This document shows positions 37,391 to 51,239 of a stretch of 64,000 nucleotides of DNA, one piece after another. Position numbers and translations under genes: made by a program. Within the stretch, counting starts at the first letter, position 1, and the number at the start of each line of letters is the position of its first letter. Source of the stretch: Cycas panzhihuaensis (lineage: Eukaryota > Plantae > Cycadophyta); NCBI GenBank assembly GCA_023213395.1, contig CM041465.1, positions 222,959,741-223,023,740 on the forward strand, read 5' to 3'. The notes below the pieces were generated by a model, which made no database searches, was not told the origin of the DNA, and saw only the letters and a list, made by a program, of their open reading frames with translations.

Positions 37391-39869
37391 TAAAGGTTTG
37401 GATTGGAAAATTACACCAATGTAATTTGATTTAACAAAAACTTTTAGGAAGGGGAAAAGATATTTGAACCTGCTCCTCCTTGACCATTGATTGATTGAAA
37501 AGTTCTTCTAAACACTATTCAATGAGGCTAAGTCTAATGCTTGTTGTTATAGCTCCCTCTACAAGAGGGTCTATTACCTGTTGCCATAGCTCTCATAGAG
37601 TGCCTTTCACCCATTGCAACACCTACACGAGTTGCTATCATCCATTGTGGCTCCCTTTTATGAGCAAGTCTATTACTTGTTGCTGTGGCTCCTACGGAGA
37701 TAGATGCTCATTCCAAGGCCAAAAGAAAGTCAAGTGCCCTCAAGCACCGACTCAATGTGTAACATGCATGACCTCTCCCACTTCCCATGAAGAGCTTGTC
37801 ACCCATCATAATAGACATTGACATCTAAGCTTTGAATGAACACGAGATAGGTGCCCTTTTCGAAAAACTTTGACTTCATAAGGCTGCAAGTCACACCACA
37901 ACTAATAGTTTGCGCCCCCCAAGCACTATATTGAGTCACACTTGCTTCTTGAAGTCTTTAGAAAGTGGTCCCTTCAAGCAAATTTGCTTTCAAGTGTAAG
38001 GTCGATCTATATGCTTTGATCCCACGTAAAAATTAAAGATGCAAATGTCCTCACATGGAAAAAAATAATCTTGAATGCCTTTACATGAAGAGAGTGACAC
38101 ATGTATATATACATTATCTTACGTAGTGCAGGTGTGACAATTGTCCAACATGCATAACTTATTAAAAACTAACTGAAGTTCATGAGATGAACTTAAAGAA
38201 TGTATAGAGTATAGATATATAAGTAGAAATTTACAATTAGAATGAACATTATTTTAATAGATTGCTCCGTAATCCTCCTAGTTCACATGTGCAAGAAGGA
38301 AATCTTCTACAAAATTATGATTCCTTTATGGGGGGAAAATAAGGTGGAAGAAATGATCATGAAAGAAAGAAATTTTCACGGATACCAATGGTATTCCTTC
38401 ATAATAATAACAATCAAGATATAAGGTACTTCTAAGATGAGATTAGAAGAGGATATTCAAAGATTGACAAATGACAATAAGATGACTTTTATACATATAC
38501 AAAATATACCCATAGTTGGCCTACACATTGAAATAAGAGCTATGCAAGTTGTCTTCATAATTTGATAGACACAACTAGGTGGAGTTTGCCCAAAATGAAA
38601 AAGCAATGGTGGTTTGTGCAATCTACTACCCATTTCTTGGAACATCACTGTGAGTTCATTAATGATGTCATAAACACATCAAATAAGACTCATGGTAGCT
38701 CAATTATCCGGCTCACCTCTTTAGGGGTGCATGATGTTGATAGGAGCTCCAACGCATTTTGGACACACTCATACTTATTATATGTTACAACCCCCATGAA
38801 TATTGATACAGACTATGCATATGTTGCTGAAATATACCGTGGCACAAATCATAGTTTTACTTTGTACAAACCTAAGAAAACACTTTTACGGATGGAACAC
38901 TTCGTCAAATATGCTATGCTATGGAACAAAGTTAGATGAGATTTCCACTATCATAAGTGATAACATAAGTAATATGTCCAAATAGAAACAACTATAATTG
39001 TAGTAGGCAAACGTGCCAAATTGCCCCGCATCATACATAAGTGAAATAATACCTAAGAATCAAGCTTACTTTGTTCAAGAAGGGTCCTTTCCAAAATGAC
39101 TTTTTAGCATGGAAGGGTGTTGATAGATACCGAGCCCATTGGCATCTCGAAATTGCCTGATAATGTGCCCGCCTTACATCCTTTTCATCCTTTTGACATT
39201 GGCTGCACTTAGATCACTAACAACTTACAACATTCTTGCATATGCAACTTATTAATCATCACACTAGAAGCAACCGATATCAATTACATAGATGCATAAT
39301 TATTTCATCATAACTTGTATATTTTATTATCATCACTGAATAGAACATTACATCACTTGCGTTATCTAGCTCTCACCATTGAACCAATGGGAGAAATGAC
39401 CCTTTTATACACTTTTACATGGCCAAAACCCGAAAGGGTACAAGTTTTACAAAGTGACTTTTGACCATTTATGACACAAAAACTCTAATTAATACTAATT
39501 AATGACACTTGGTATGTTTGTACGACTGTACAATCATGACTCTTGGTCATTTAGCATAGAAGCATCCCAAGAACCGTTCACTGCTCCAAAACTGTTTGCT
39601 CTAGTCAGAATCATTCCTAAGCCGTCCTTACATTGCTTTAGAATCATCACTAGAGAGCTATTATTGTGACCTAGAGCCATCCCCAAAGAGTTGTTGTCAT
39701 GACCTACAAACATCCTCTACTTATCTTGACCTACAAACATCCCTTGCTTATCGGAACTATCCTAGAACCATCCATCAACTATCCCTCATCGAATTTCACT
39801 GGTAATACTAGATTTTCTTTTGGAACACAACTATTCACCATCCCTAGAAACATTTAACTGTTCCAATTG

Positions 39870-41100
39870 TCTTGGAGCCAAATATATTGCATACATCTAT
39901 CCAGGGGTCCAAAAAATGTTTTGAGCATCCTTGCTCAATGTCGCCAAAAATTTCTATTGCCAAAATTTTTGATTTTGCTAATGGATTACCGTCCCCCACT
40001 TCTTCTCGCAAGCTGCTCTTCCAACTTGCCTATTTGAGCATCTCTCCATTGTGCTTGCTTAGTCATATCTTTATTTATCTTCATAAGATTTTCTACTTTT
40101 GCCATCTTATCCTTCATTTCTTGTTGTAGCTGTGCCATTTGCTATTTTTGTTGTTGTTGAGTTTCTACTAACTCATCTAACCAACCTTTTATTTGTTGGA
40201 TTTTATCCTTCATGCTTCCCTTGCCTTGGGAAGCACCCTTACCTGCCTCTATTTGTTGTGGTAGGGTGATCTCCTCCATGGATTTCGTGTTAGACATGAC
40301 CACTTGCCTTGTTTGCTTCCTTGCCTTCCTCTTTGGTCAGTGAGGATGTGTGATATGTGTGACACCCTGGAACCATAAAACACTGCATCTCAATGAGGCA
40401 TGAACCAGCTGTCTAATCTCTGTTGAGTTGACATTCATTGGAAATGTATCTATCCATTGTTGCATTAATGCCCATCCATCCTCAATCTTTGCTTGAGGTC
40501 ATCGTGTTGTAGGGATTTGGGTGAACAACAACCCTTGCAGTAATGAAGGGTGTTTGAAGATGGCCTTCATTCCTTTTATATTTTGGAATTGAGTTTGAAG
40601 GGAGGCTGCCAAACATTCACTCCAATTCAACTTTGTTCCTTCCTGCGCCTCTTGGAGAGTGGTAAGTATGCCAATTGGACAATAAGTATATTTTTTCTTC
40701 CCCCAAAACTAGGTGATATCAACTTTGGCTAGCCACCTCAATTATGGGTCCACTAAATCATCAAATTTTATCCCCTCAATATATGTCCTAGCATCTGTTT
40801 TACATAGTGTATAGACAATCTCCTGCTTGTCTACTTTTATCCTCTTTTCTCTAACTGGAATTCTTTTGTTGTTAGGTAAAATTGTAATCTTCCCAATTTA
40901 GTCAGTGAATATTTCAATTCTATCCAAGTTCTCTTTCACCAAGAAAACAATGTTTTTCATTATTGTGTTGTCCAAGTGGAGGGATGGTAGCAACACATAA
41001 CTCTTCCATCTAACACTAATTACTGCTACATTAAATTCATCCTTCATTTTGACATAATCATTTTGTAACTATGGAAAATATGGTTTGTGCAAATTTAAAT
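39870..41100 (-). pseudogene. Decayed accessory ORF of a probable gypsy-type element
   Basis: Minus translation QEGTKLNWSECLAASLQTQFQNIKGMKAIFKHPSLLQGLL (~40540-40650) followed by a charged coiled-coil-like tract. The resemblance to plant retrotransposon extra ORFs is from memory only. Confidence 0.4.
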
Positions 41101-41524
41101 TCATTCTGGAAATTTGGCTTACTAATAATTATTTTATAGTGGAATGCTTAGCTGGATGCTTCTATGCTACTTACCCTTTCGAAATGCTTCTTATGTGGTT
41201 GGACACTTCCACTTTGGAATGTTTCTATGATGGACTCTATGTTCACTGCTCTAGAACACTTGAAAATGATAAACTTCCATTGAAATTCAATTTTTATGGC
41301 ATCTCTATTGCTAAATTGTTCGTAGAAGCGTTCCTTGATGGGATGCTTTTATGCCAATCTCGGGTATTAGTGGACATTTATAGGGACACTTCTTGGAATG
41401 CAAGTGGGACGTAGCCAGGGTGCTTACCAGTTGGTATTGTTTTGCTCGAATGATGGCTGTTTCACTTTCATCCATTTTTTATAGGCTCTTTATTGTTTAT
41501 ATGTGTACTTCTCATAGATTTTGT

Positions 41525-41726
41525 TGTTGGATATAATGTTTTATCTAGAGACCCACTTTGTATGTAACTTAAGACACTCACCACTTGGACACGTGTCAGT
41601 TAGACATGTAGCGGTTACATTTAGTTCCAAAGGAGTTACAACTCCAACTTGTATAAATTTCCATTCAGTTGATCAATAAGCATTGAACCATTCAGTTCTA
41701 TTCATCTGTGTCTTAGAATTCTATCA
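41525..41726 (+). repeat. 5' LTR of copia I
   Basis: tgttgg...ctatca; near-identical to 46457-46656. Confidence 0.98.
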
Positions 41727-42420
41727 TGGTATCAGAGCAGGTCATCCTGTCTGATTGAGAGAGGGTTGTGCCAATGATTCAAGTTGTGTCCAAGCAAGAT
41801 AGAGGGAAAGACTGAAGAAGTTGAGAAGGCAAGAAGGAGGCAGTTGAAAGCCCAGTCCAGAATCAAAACAAAGGAGAGAAGAATTTTGACTATGTACGGA
41901 CACAATACGGAACTGTACAGACAAAAAATCGAAGTGCTCAGAATGAGCTGAAATTTGGCCAGAAGGTAGATTAGAGCATCCTCGTCATCTTTTTCTACTG
42001 GCACGAAGTCATCAGGAGCCGTTTCGAAGGGGTTTTACCCAGTTTTTAGAAGGGCGTGGGTCTTGAGACACAGGTACCCAAAATCCTCAGTTTTCTTTTG
42101 ATTTTCTCTCTGAAAACGTTCATAAACTCTCTGTATACTCTGTACGCCCCCATTGTGACTGATTTTGACCGATTTAAATAAGTGATTTGATTGATATGAG
42201 CATTTTTCTCAAAAAAACCTAGTCGCCAAGATTGCTTTTCAGACTGTTTTTCTCCCAAACCAGGGACTGTCTTAGAAAAATAATTTCAGATCTGGAATCC
42301 TCTCGCCACCAGCTTTCTTCTGAGGTATAGTTTGGCTTCATCCGTACACCTTCCGTACTGTACAAAAATTCGTACCGTTGTACGACCTAGGGCGTCTGCA
42401 ACTTGTTTTTTGTGTTTATA

Positions 42421-45400
42421 ATGTCTTCTTCTATCTTGGCTCTCTCTGATTCAGACAAGCTCACTGACAACAACTACCATATATGGAAAATCAAAATAGA
42501 AACCCTTTTGAGAGCCAAAAATGCTTGGCAAATAGCTCTTGAAAAAGAAGACAAGCCTAAAATAGTCAAAGGCGGATCTAACAAGTGGGAAGAACGAGAT
42601 AGTCTTTGGAGTAATAGTGCTTAAGTTATCCATTTCGACCCGCTACTTGTGTATGTGGAAAACTTAACCACTCGCTGAAACTGGAAGTGCTTTGAGAAAT
42701 TGTATGGTCAAAAGAATAAAGCTAGAATAGTGGCACTCAAGGAGGAATTATTCAAGATACACATGAAAGAAACTGAAACTGTAATTGAATTCATGCACAA
42801 AGTCATATCCTTGCGAAATGATTTACTTAGTGTGATCCGCAATTCGATTACGAATCGTTGAAATGGTAGCCAGTAAATTGCCTAAATCCTTCGATGTCAC
42901 AATTAACACTATTACAAATAATGATCAGATAGCAACAATGACATTGGACACACTCACAGGACTACTCCTAAGGCAGGAACAAAGAAATAGAAGATATGAA
43001 GACTCAAGCAACTTGAAGATGCCTTTGTATCCACACTAAATCTGGGAACCAGAGGAAGAAGCAGAGGACGAGGAAGGGCTCCAGAGTTCAGAGCCCAGTC
43101 ACGAGGAAGATGGCAAGATTCGCGAGGAAGAGGACGTATCTCAGCGCCAAGACTGTGCTACAACTGTGGTAAGACCGGTCATTTTGCAAGTTCTTGTAGA
43201 GCATTTGACCTATGTTATCATTGTGGCCAAGCAGGACACTTTCCATACCAATGCCCAACTAGGAGAGCTGACATTCAGAAAGGTAAAAGACCCATGGGCA
43301 ATTACAGCAAGGAACAAAATGAAGAAGAAGAGGAGGAGACCGCATTCATTGTTGCTCTTGCCACATCTCTCCAAGATAAAGACGTGTGGTACATCGACTC
43401 AGGAGCATCGCATCAGATGACCAGCCGAGAGGAGTGGTTCGAAACCTTGTAGCCTTATGCCTCAGACAAATCTGTGGAGCTAGGGGATAAATATCCCCTC
43501 AACATCAAGGGTGTAGGAACCATTGCTGTAGAATTGCAAGGTAGCATCAAAAAAATTGGAAATGTGTTGTTAGTTCCTGACATAAAGATGAATCTTCTGT
43601 TTGTATCCCAACTTGGAAAAAAGGGGCTAAGAACTGTCTTTGATGAAAAAGGATATTGTTATATCCTTGACATGAAAAATAATGGCCATGTAATTGCAAA
43701 GGGGATAGAAAGTAATGACCTGTATAGGTTGCTTTCATATCTGTCACACTGTTGTAAAAGCATGCCTTCGTAAATCATAATGACAAAATGTGGCATTTCA
43801 AGTATGGACACCTTCCATTAGACAAATTGAAAAAAATGAAAAAGGAAGGTTTAGTTGATGGACTCCCATCAATCACTTCAGATAATTTTGTATGTAAAAG
43901 TTACCAATCGTGGAAGCAAAGATTGCCCTTCAAGGAAAGCAAATGGCGAGCCCAAAAGAAACTAGAACTCATTCACATTGATATATGTGTATCGCTCACT
44001 CCGCACTCCATCAACGGATGCAGATACTTTCTCACCTTCATAGATGATATGACAAGGAAAATCTGGGTCTATTTTTTGCATAACAAGTCTGAAGTATATG
44101 CAACATTCAAAGAGTTCAAAGCGTGGTTGAACTAGAGTCCAAGAAAAATCAAATGCATACGATCGGATGGGGAGGTGAATACATTTCAAAAGAATTCTCG
44201 GAATATTGCAAAATCAATGGAATTGAAGATAGATCACCACTCCCTATACACCTCAATCTAATGGGGTGGCGTAAAGGAAGAACAGAGTGATCATGGAAAT
44301 GGCTCGTAGTATGGTGCATGGGAAAGGAGTCCCAAAGAATTATTGGGCGAGGCAAGAACACCGCATGTTACTTATCAATAGAAGCCCAACCAAAGCGAGA
44401 GAACATCTTACACCAAGAAGCACGGACAGAAAAAACTAGATGTTAGCCATCTAAAGGTATTTGGCGATCAAGCCTTTGTACACATACCGGACAAAGAAGA
44501 ACCAAGCTAGACTCGAAAAGCATAGAATGTATCATGATTGGATACAAGAAGAACTCTAAAGCCTACAAGTGCATAGATCCCAAGACAAACAAGATCTATG
44601 CAAGCCACGATGTTGTGTTCAACGAAGATAGTGATGAAGAGCTTAGCAAGCAAATCCAAGTAATAGAGGGACATTCTCGAACATTCTTCAAGAACCACCA
44701 AGAAGAACCTAAAGAACGATCCGAAATTACCTCAAGATCTTCCAAGAAACTCAGAAAGTCACCCTACTTGAAGATGAGGAAACATTTCCAAATGAACCCA
44801 AGGTAGTTGAAATAGAAAAAGAAAAAAGGCTTCCCAAATGGTATCTCAAAACCATTGAGGAAAGAAAGGAAGACATCTTATCACACAGGACAAGAAGCCA
44901 AAAACCAAGGGCTCAGATGACCATCCGGAACCGCTTGATATACGTAAGCTAAAGAACACTCAGTTTGGAGAAATGCCATGAATTCTGAATTAGACTCTAT
45001 CATCAAGAATCAAACACGATTTAGTAGAATTACCACCAAATAAATCAGTGGTAAATTGTAGATGGATCTACAAAATAAAGGAAGGAGCAAATGGGAAAGT
45101 GGAAAAATATAAGGCTAGGTCAGTTGCTAAGGGATACACTCAAACAGCTGGGGTGGACTATGATGAAACCTTCTCACCAGTAGCGAAACTCAGCACTGTG
45201 AGAACAATAATTGCTCTAGACTCAAAAAATTGGAATGTGTATCAATTAGATGTCAAAAGTGCATTTCTAAATGGAGAGATCAAGGAAGAAGTGTATATGG
45301 CCCAACCTGAAGGATACGTTAAGCAGGGTCAGGAACACTTGGTCTGCAAATTAAAGAAAGCCCTATATGGTCTAAAGCAAGCTCCTCGTGCTTGGTATGT

Positions 45401-46441
45401 CAAACTTGATGAATACCTATGTGAAAATGGGTTCAACAGGTGCAGCTCAGACTCAAGCTTATATGTAAAAGGTACAAACGAAGCTGTCACAATTCTGGTT
45501 GTATATGTTGATGACATGATACTTAATGGTAATGATGTTGAATCTGTAAGTGACATAAAACATCAATTGGAGAGGAAGTTTGAAATGACCGACCTAGGTC
45601 TTCTCAACTATTACCTAGGGATCCAAGTAGAACAACATGACACTGCATTCACCTTATGTCAGACCAAATACATCAAAGATTTGTTAGCAAAGTTCAGAAT
45701 GGAAGAGTGCAATCCATGCAGTACACCCATGGAAGTCAATTGCAACATGATACCAAACGAAGAAGAACCTCACATCAATGTCACATTGTACGAGCAACTT
45801 GTTGGGAGTCTCATCTATCCGACAAAGAACTGCACGGACATTGCTTATTCTGTGGGATTAATATCTAGATACATGCATGAGCCAAGACAAAGACATTGGC
45901 AAGCAGCAAAGAAGATACTAAGGTATCTGAAGGGAACAACAGAACTAAAGTTGACATATCCAAAGGAGAATACAACTCAGTTAATCTGACATCGTGACTC
46001 GACAAGGTGTGACAAGGAACAAAGAAAATCCACCAGCGGACATTGCTTCTTCCTTGGATCAGCTCCTATCTCCTGGAGCAGTAAGAAACAAGCCACTGTG
46101 GCCCTATCATCCATGTATAAAGTACAAGTCGGTTGTCGGTGCCACCACGTATAGCGGTTTGGTTGAGGCAACTTCTTCAGGATCTAAATCTGTCTCAACA
46201 AGAAGCCACTATACTCCATTGCGACAATCAGAGTGTAATCAAGATTGCAAAGAACCCGGTACTGCATGCCAGAACAAAACACATTGAAGTGCATCAACAC
46301 TTCATCCGAGAAAAGATTCAAAGTAAGGAAATCAATCTTGTGTACTGCCCAACTTCAGATCAAGTGGCTGACATTTTGACCAAGCCTCTGGGCAAAGACA
46401 AATTTCAAATTCTCAGAGACAAAATAGGATTAACCGGATAA
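42421..46441 (+). pseudogene. Copia I gag-pol, frameshifted in this sequence
   Basis: DKLTDNNYHIWK, two zinc knuckles ~43155-43255, WYIDSGAS, INT 43788-44640, RT ORF 45048-45989, RH 46133-46441. Confidence 0.95.
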
Positions 46442-46456
46442 AACATTAAGAGAGTG

Positions 46457-46656
46457 TGTTGGATATAATGTTTTATCTAGAGACCTACTTTGTATGTAAC
46501 TTGACACTCACCGCTTGGACACGTGTCAGTTAGACATGTAGCGGTTACATTTAGTTCCAAAGGAGTTACAACTCCAACTTGTATAAATTTCCATTCAGTT
46601 GATCAATAAGCATTGAACCATTAAGTTCTATTCATCTGTGTCTTAGAATTCTATCA
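46457..46656 (+). repeat. 3' LTR of copia I
   Basis: Direct repeat of 41525-41726. Confidence 0.98.
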
Positions 46657-47108
46657 TTTGTCAGTGTAGATAAGTGTCTGATGATGAGCAATGGTTTGTT
46701 TTTTTTTTTATTTTTTCTTCTTTTTTTTTGTATTTTTCTTTTTATGTATAAAGATGGGACCATTTTCTTGATACTAAGACAACTTTGATTGTCATCAACT
46801 TCACGCAACATGATTATAGTACAAATGTTGATTCCTTTAGTAGTTTGGATCAACCCTAATTATGGTAGGGTTTCAATCCATTGCCAGTGACCAGTTTTGA
46901 TAGTGTTTGTCTATCTAGTTCTCTCAGTTGAACCGAACCATTTTGAAATATTCATTGTATTATGTATGGTCCTAACCAACACATCTTTAGTTTGCTTGGT
47001 TGTGTCTTGAATTTGCCATTGTAAAGTAATACTTGATCCCCTCCTTGAAAGTGGGGTGAATGTAGGTGGTAGTCATGCCATTCTTTTTGGTGAATCTTCC
47101 TAATGGCC

Positions 47109-50100
47109 TGTTGAGAATGGTGGCATTAAGCCTATGGCCCTTAGGATCTAAAAGAGGGGGAAGTCTACTATAAGAATGAAGATGATAAACATTTAATCAA
47201 GCAAGTATGGAGATAAGCACATGAGCAAGCATAAGCACAATGATCACAAACATGAGGACACAAATATGGAGGAGAACGAATTGATCCAACTCCAAATAAA
47301 TAAGAATCTTACATTAGCAAGAACAGCAACATAACAATACAACACTCTCTCATGATTGATATAAGAGGATTGGCCTCAATATATAAAGACTTAAGAGCGT
47401 TGCATGTTTAGCGTATGTCAAACATGCAAAGGCAGCTAGTTTCATGCGAGACAAGGGTTTCCTTGAGCTCTCTTGTGAGCACAAGTGCATGAGGGTACAT
47501 TAACCCTCAAATTAAAATATTGTACAACTAGAAAGAATGTGGGTGCATACTTTATCACATTAAGTGATAAGTCACACTAACATAAAGTTACATAAAGTAC
47601 ATTAATAAAACATTATAAAGTACAACACTTAACATTTAAACATAAAGGTTTAACAACTCTCCTTAATATTTACAATGTTAAGTTAGACACCAAGACCATC
47701 CCTGAAATTTTTAAATTTTTCTTTACCAAGTGGCTTGATAAAGATATTTGCTAACTACTGGTCCGTGGGCCTATAGAAGAGGTTGATCTCACTGTTCTAA
47801 ACATGTTCTGTGATAAAATGGTGATGAACCTCAATGTGCTTGGTCCTTGCATGAAAAATTGGATTCTTTGTTAACTTTAGCACACTTTGGTTGTCACAGT
47901 GTAACCTGGTGGGGTGATCCTGCTCAAGTCCAAGCCCACTAAGAATCCGTCTTAGTCAAATAGCCTTGCAAGTTGCGTTGACTGCAACTTTGTACTCTAC
48001 TTCCATAGATGACAAGGTAACATTGGGTTACTTCTTGCAACTCCACGAAATGACTCCTGATCCAAGGGTGAAACAATATCTCGAGGTCGATCTGCGACTA
48101 TCTTGGCAACCTATCCAATCAAAATCCGAGAACCCCTCTAAGATGAAGTTCTCATTATGAGTATACTGAAGGCCATGATGCAATGTGCCTTTGAGGTATC
48201 TCAGTATACGCTTTGCTGCATTTTAATGTTTTTGATTAGATTGAGACATGTACCTAGAACAAATCCCAACTGCAAATGAAATAGCCGATTTAGTATTAGT
48301 GACATAGATTAGGCTACCCACTAGTTGCTGGTATAATGTAGGATTTGCTGGTTTTGCTTCGTCATCGAGTGATAACTTAGTACCATTGTCCATAGGTGTA
48401 GGCTCTGGTTTGCAGTCCTCCATTCTGAAACGTTGCAAAATATTCCAAGAATACTTTGTTTGGGAAATGAAGATATGACATGTTGTTGCCATACCTCCAT
48501 GCCTAAAAAATAATGGAGGAGTTCAAGATCAATCATCTCAAAACTCCTCTTAAGATCATCTTGGAGAATTTCTATCATCTTAGTGTCATTTTTTGTGATC
48601 ACTATGTCATCAACATACAAAACGACAAAGACTATATGGTTCTCCCTAACTTTTATATACAAGTTAGGATCTGATGTAGATTGATGATATCCATGTCTGA
48701 AAAAATAATCATCGATTTTAGAGTACCATGCTTTTGGAGCTTGTTTTAAACCATACAATGTCTTCTTGAGGTGATTGACCAAATGTTCTTTGCCTTATTT
48801 AATGTATCCAGGTGGTTGCTCCAAATATACCTCCTCTTGAATATCGCCATTGAGAAAGGTGCTCTTCACGTTCGTCTGATAGATTGGCCACTTGCATTGA
48901 GTAGTTAAGGCCAATATGAGTATGATGGTATTCATATTCGCCACTAGTGCAAAGGTCTCCTCATAATCAATGCCTTCCTTTTGTTTAAAACCCTTTGCAA
49001 CAAGTCGAGCTTTATGACGCTCAATTGAACTATTAGAGTGGAATTTGGTTTTATAAACCCATTTAAAACTAATTGCTTGCTTGTTTTAGGCAATTCTACC
49101 AAATCCCATGGTCCGTTCTTTTCAATAGAATGGATTTTATCATCCATGGTAGCTTTCTACATTTCACTTTTATATGCGTCCTCAAAAGTGGAAGGCTCAT
49201 CAACACAAAGCACTTCATCTATAAGTGCTTAGTTTGTTTGCTGCCTCATCTTTGATAGACGTTTTCCTTCTATAACCTGACTGTCTTGTACTGTCTGTGT
49301 GTACCATTTAGATAGCTTCTTTATAGATGTAGCTTCAACCTCAAATTTCTCTAGCTATAATGGCTGATCGATACAAGAAGTCCCAGGATTAAGTGGAGCT
49401 GAATTTGAAATAGATGGAGCAGAAGTAGAAGTGATAGGAACAAAAAATGTATATGGTGTAGGAGATTGTGAGGGAAGGAAGAATTCAACAATCTGTTTAC
49501 CTTTGTCAGTAGGAGATTGGATAGATGCAGATTCCAACTCCTCATTATCTTCAACAAAGATTACATCTCTAGAAAGATGCATTTTCTTGGCAATGGGTTC
49601 ATATATCCTATATGCTTTGCTGTAAATAGCATAACTAACGAAAATACATTTGAGACTATTCTTATCTAACTTAGTTTTTTGTTGATGGGGAATGTGCATA
49701 TAAACAGTACACCCAAAAGTCCTTAAATGGCTAACAATTGATTTTCTATCAGGCTAAGCCTCCTCTGATGTGATGTCAGTGATTGCTGTAGTTGGGCTTC
49801 TAGTTGCCACATAGGCTGCTATGTGGAATGCTTCCGCCCAATAGGAATGAGGTAGCCCTTTTGCATGTATCATTGGTTTGGTTTTATTGGCCAAAGTCCT
49901 GTTCATCCGCTCAGACACTCCATTCGGTTGAGGTGTATGAGGAGCAATGAGCTATCTTCTAATTCCATGAGCCTTGTAGAATTTATTGAATTCCCTTGAG
50001 GTAAATTCATCTTTATTGTCAGATCTCAATATTTTGATTAACAATCCAGATTCATTTTTCACCTCAAGTTTGAATTAAATTTTTTTTTCAAATGGCTCTA

Positions 50101-51239
50101 ATTTTTGCCTGATGAAGTATACCCAAGCTTTGTGTGAAAAATCATCGATGAAGATGATATAATACAAAGCTCCTCCAAAAGATGCTGTGGACATGGATCC
50201 ACATAAATCTGTATGAATTAATTGGAAAGGCTGCAATGCATGCCATAAGTTGACTTTAGGAAAAAGGCTATCCATGTTGAGTCCCCATAATACATGCTTC
50301 ACAAAGACACTTTGACGCATATATCTTTGGAAGCCCATACACCATGTTTTTATTAAACATCAACTTGATATTTTCTAGGCTTAAGTGGCCTAGTCTATTA
50401 TGCTAAAGCTGATCTTTGGTCATAGTTTGTGTGACAGAGTAGGCAGGTGCAGTGTCAAGTGTATAATGTTTGATGCATCTAATTTATAAAGACCATGGTC
50501 CTCATGACCAATGGCTACCACTTGATCATTTTTGTCACTTATAGTACATTTCCCACCTTTAAATAAAATACTCATCTGTTGTTTGTCCAATTCACTAACA
50601 GATAAGAGGCTTTTTTCCATTGAAGGTATTAAATAGGCATCTCCAGTGGGAAATGTGGAAGTAGGGTTGTTTGGTGAATGAAATGAGGCAATTTTGCCTA
50701 TATCTAAAATCTCAACTGATTCCTTATTTTCAAATGTGACTATTTACCCTCTTTCTTCTTTGATATTGAAAAGTAATTCATCATTGCCTGTTATATACCG
50801 AGATGCCCCTGAATCAATTATCCAAGTGCTATCACTTTTAAAGTTGTGATGAGCACAAAACATTTTGTCTTCATTTGCAAATTGAATGGCGTTGGTTGCC
50901 ATCTCTGAAGCCACCCCTTCCTCTTTGACTACCTTGAAATCCACTTTGATTTGGTCTGGGGGGTTGTTGTTGTTGCTGATGTTGATATTGTTGTTGACGA
51001 GGCCACTGTTGTCGTTGCTAGTACTGACGTGGCTATTGGAACTGTTGTTGTTGCTGCAAGTCAGATTGTTTCTTTCTACATTCTGGTGCTATGTGGCCCA
51101 CTTTGCCACAATAATAACATATGACATTGGCTTTTGATGTGCCAATGATTATATTCCCAAATTGCTTTTGAAGTGATTGTTTGGAATTTTGTTTGGCCTT
51201 AAATTTGGATGTGAATGCACCTGAAGTTAATGGTTCATC
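47109..51239 (-). mobile_element. Ty1/copia element J (3' LTR 47109-47655, RH, RT, INT, PR, zinc knuckle); gag interrupted at 51240
   Basis: PPT (plus-strand actctccttaat) 47656-47667; ORFs with LYGLKQAPKAWY, VLYVDD, IHTDLCGSM, WIIDSGAS; CYYCGKVGH ~51095-51122. Confidence 0.95.

Larger units (their letters stand above)
41525..46656 (+). mobile_element. Full-length, young Ty1/copia element I
   Basis: LTRs 41525-41726 and 46457-46656 differ by 3 substitutions and one 2-bp indel. PBS tggtatcagagc 41727-41738, PPT attaagagagtg, perfect TSD tttgt. Confidence 0.98.

Noticed and set aside
46678-46720. Hammerhead ribozyme core (ctgatga)
   Set aside because: No pairing stems and no GAAA core follow; a poly-T tract comes next.
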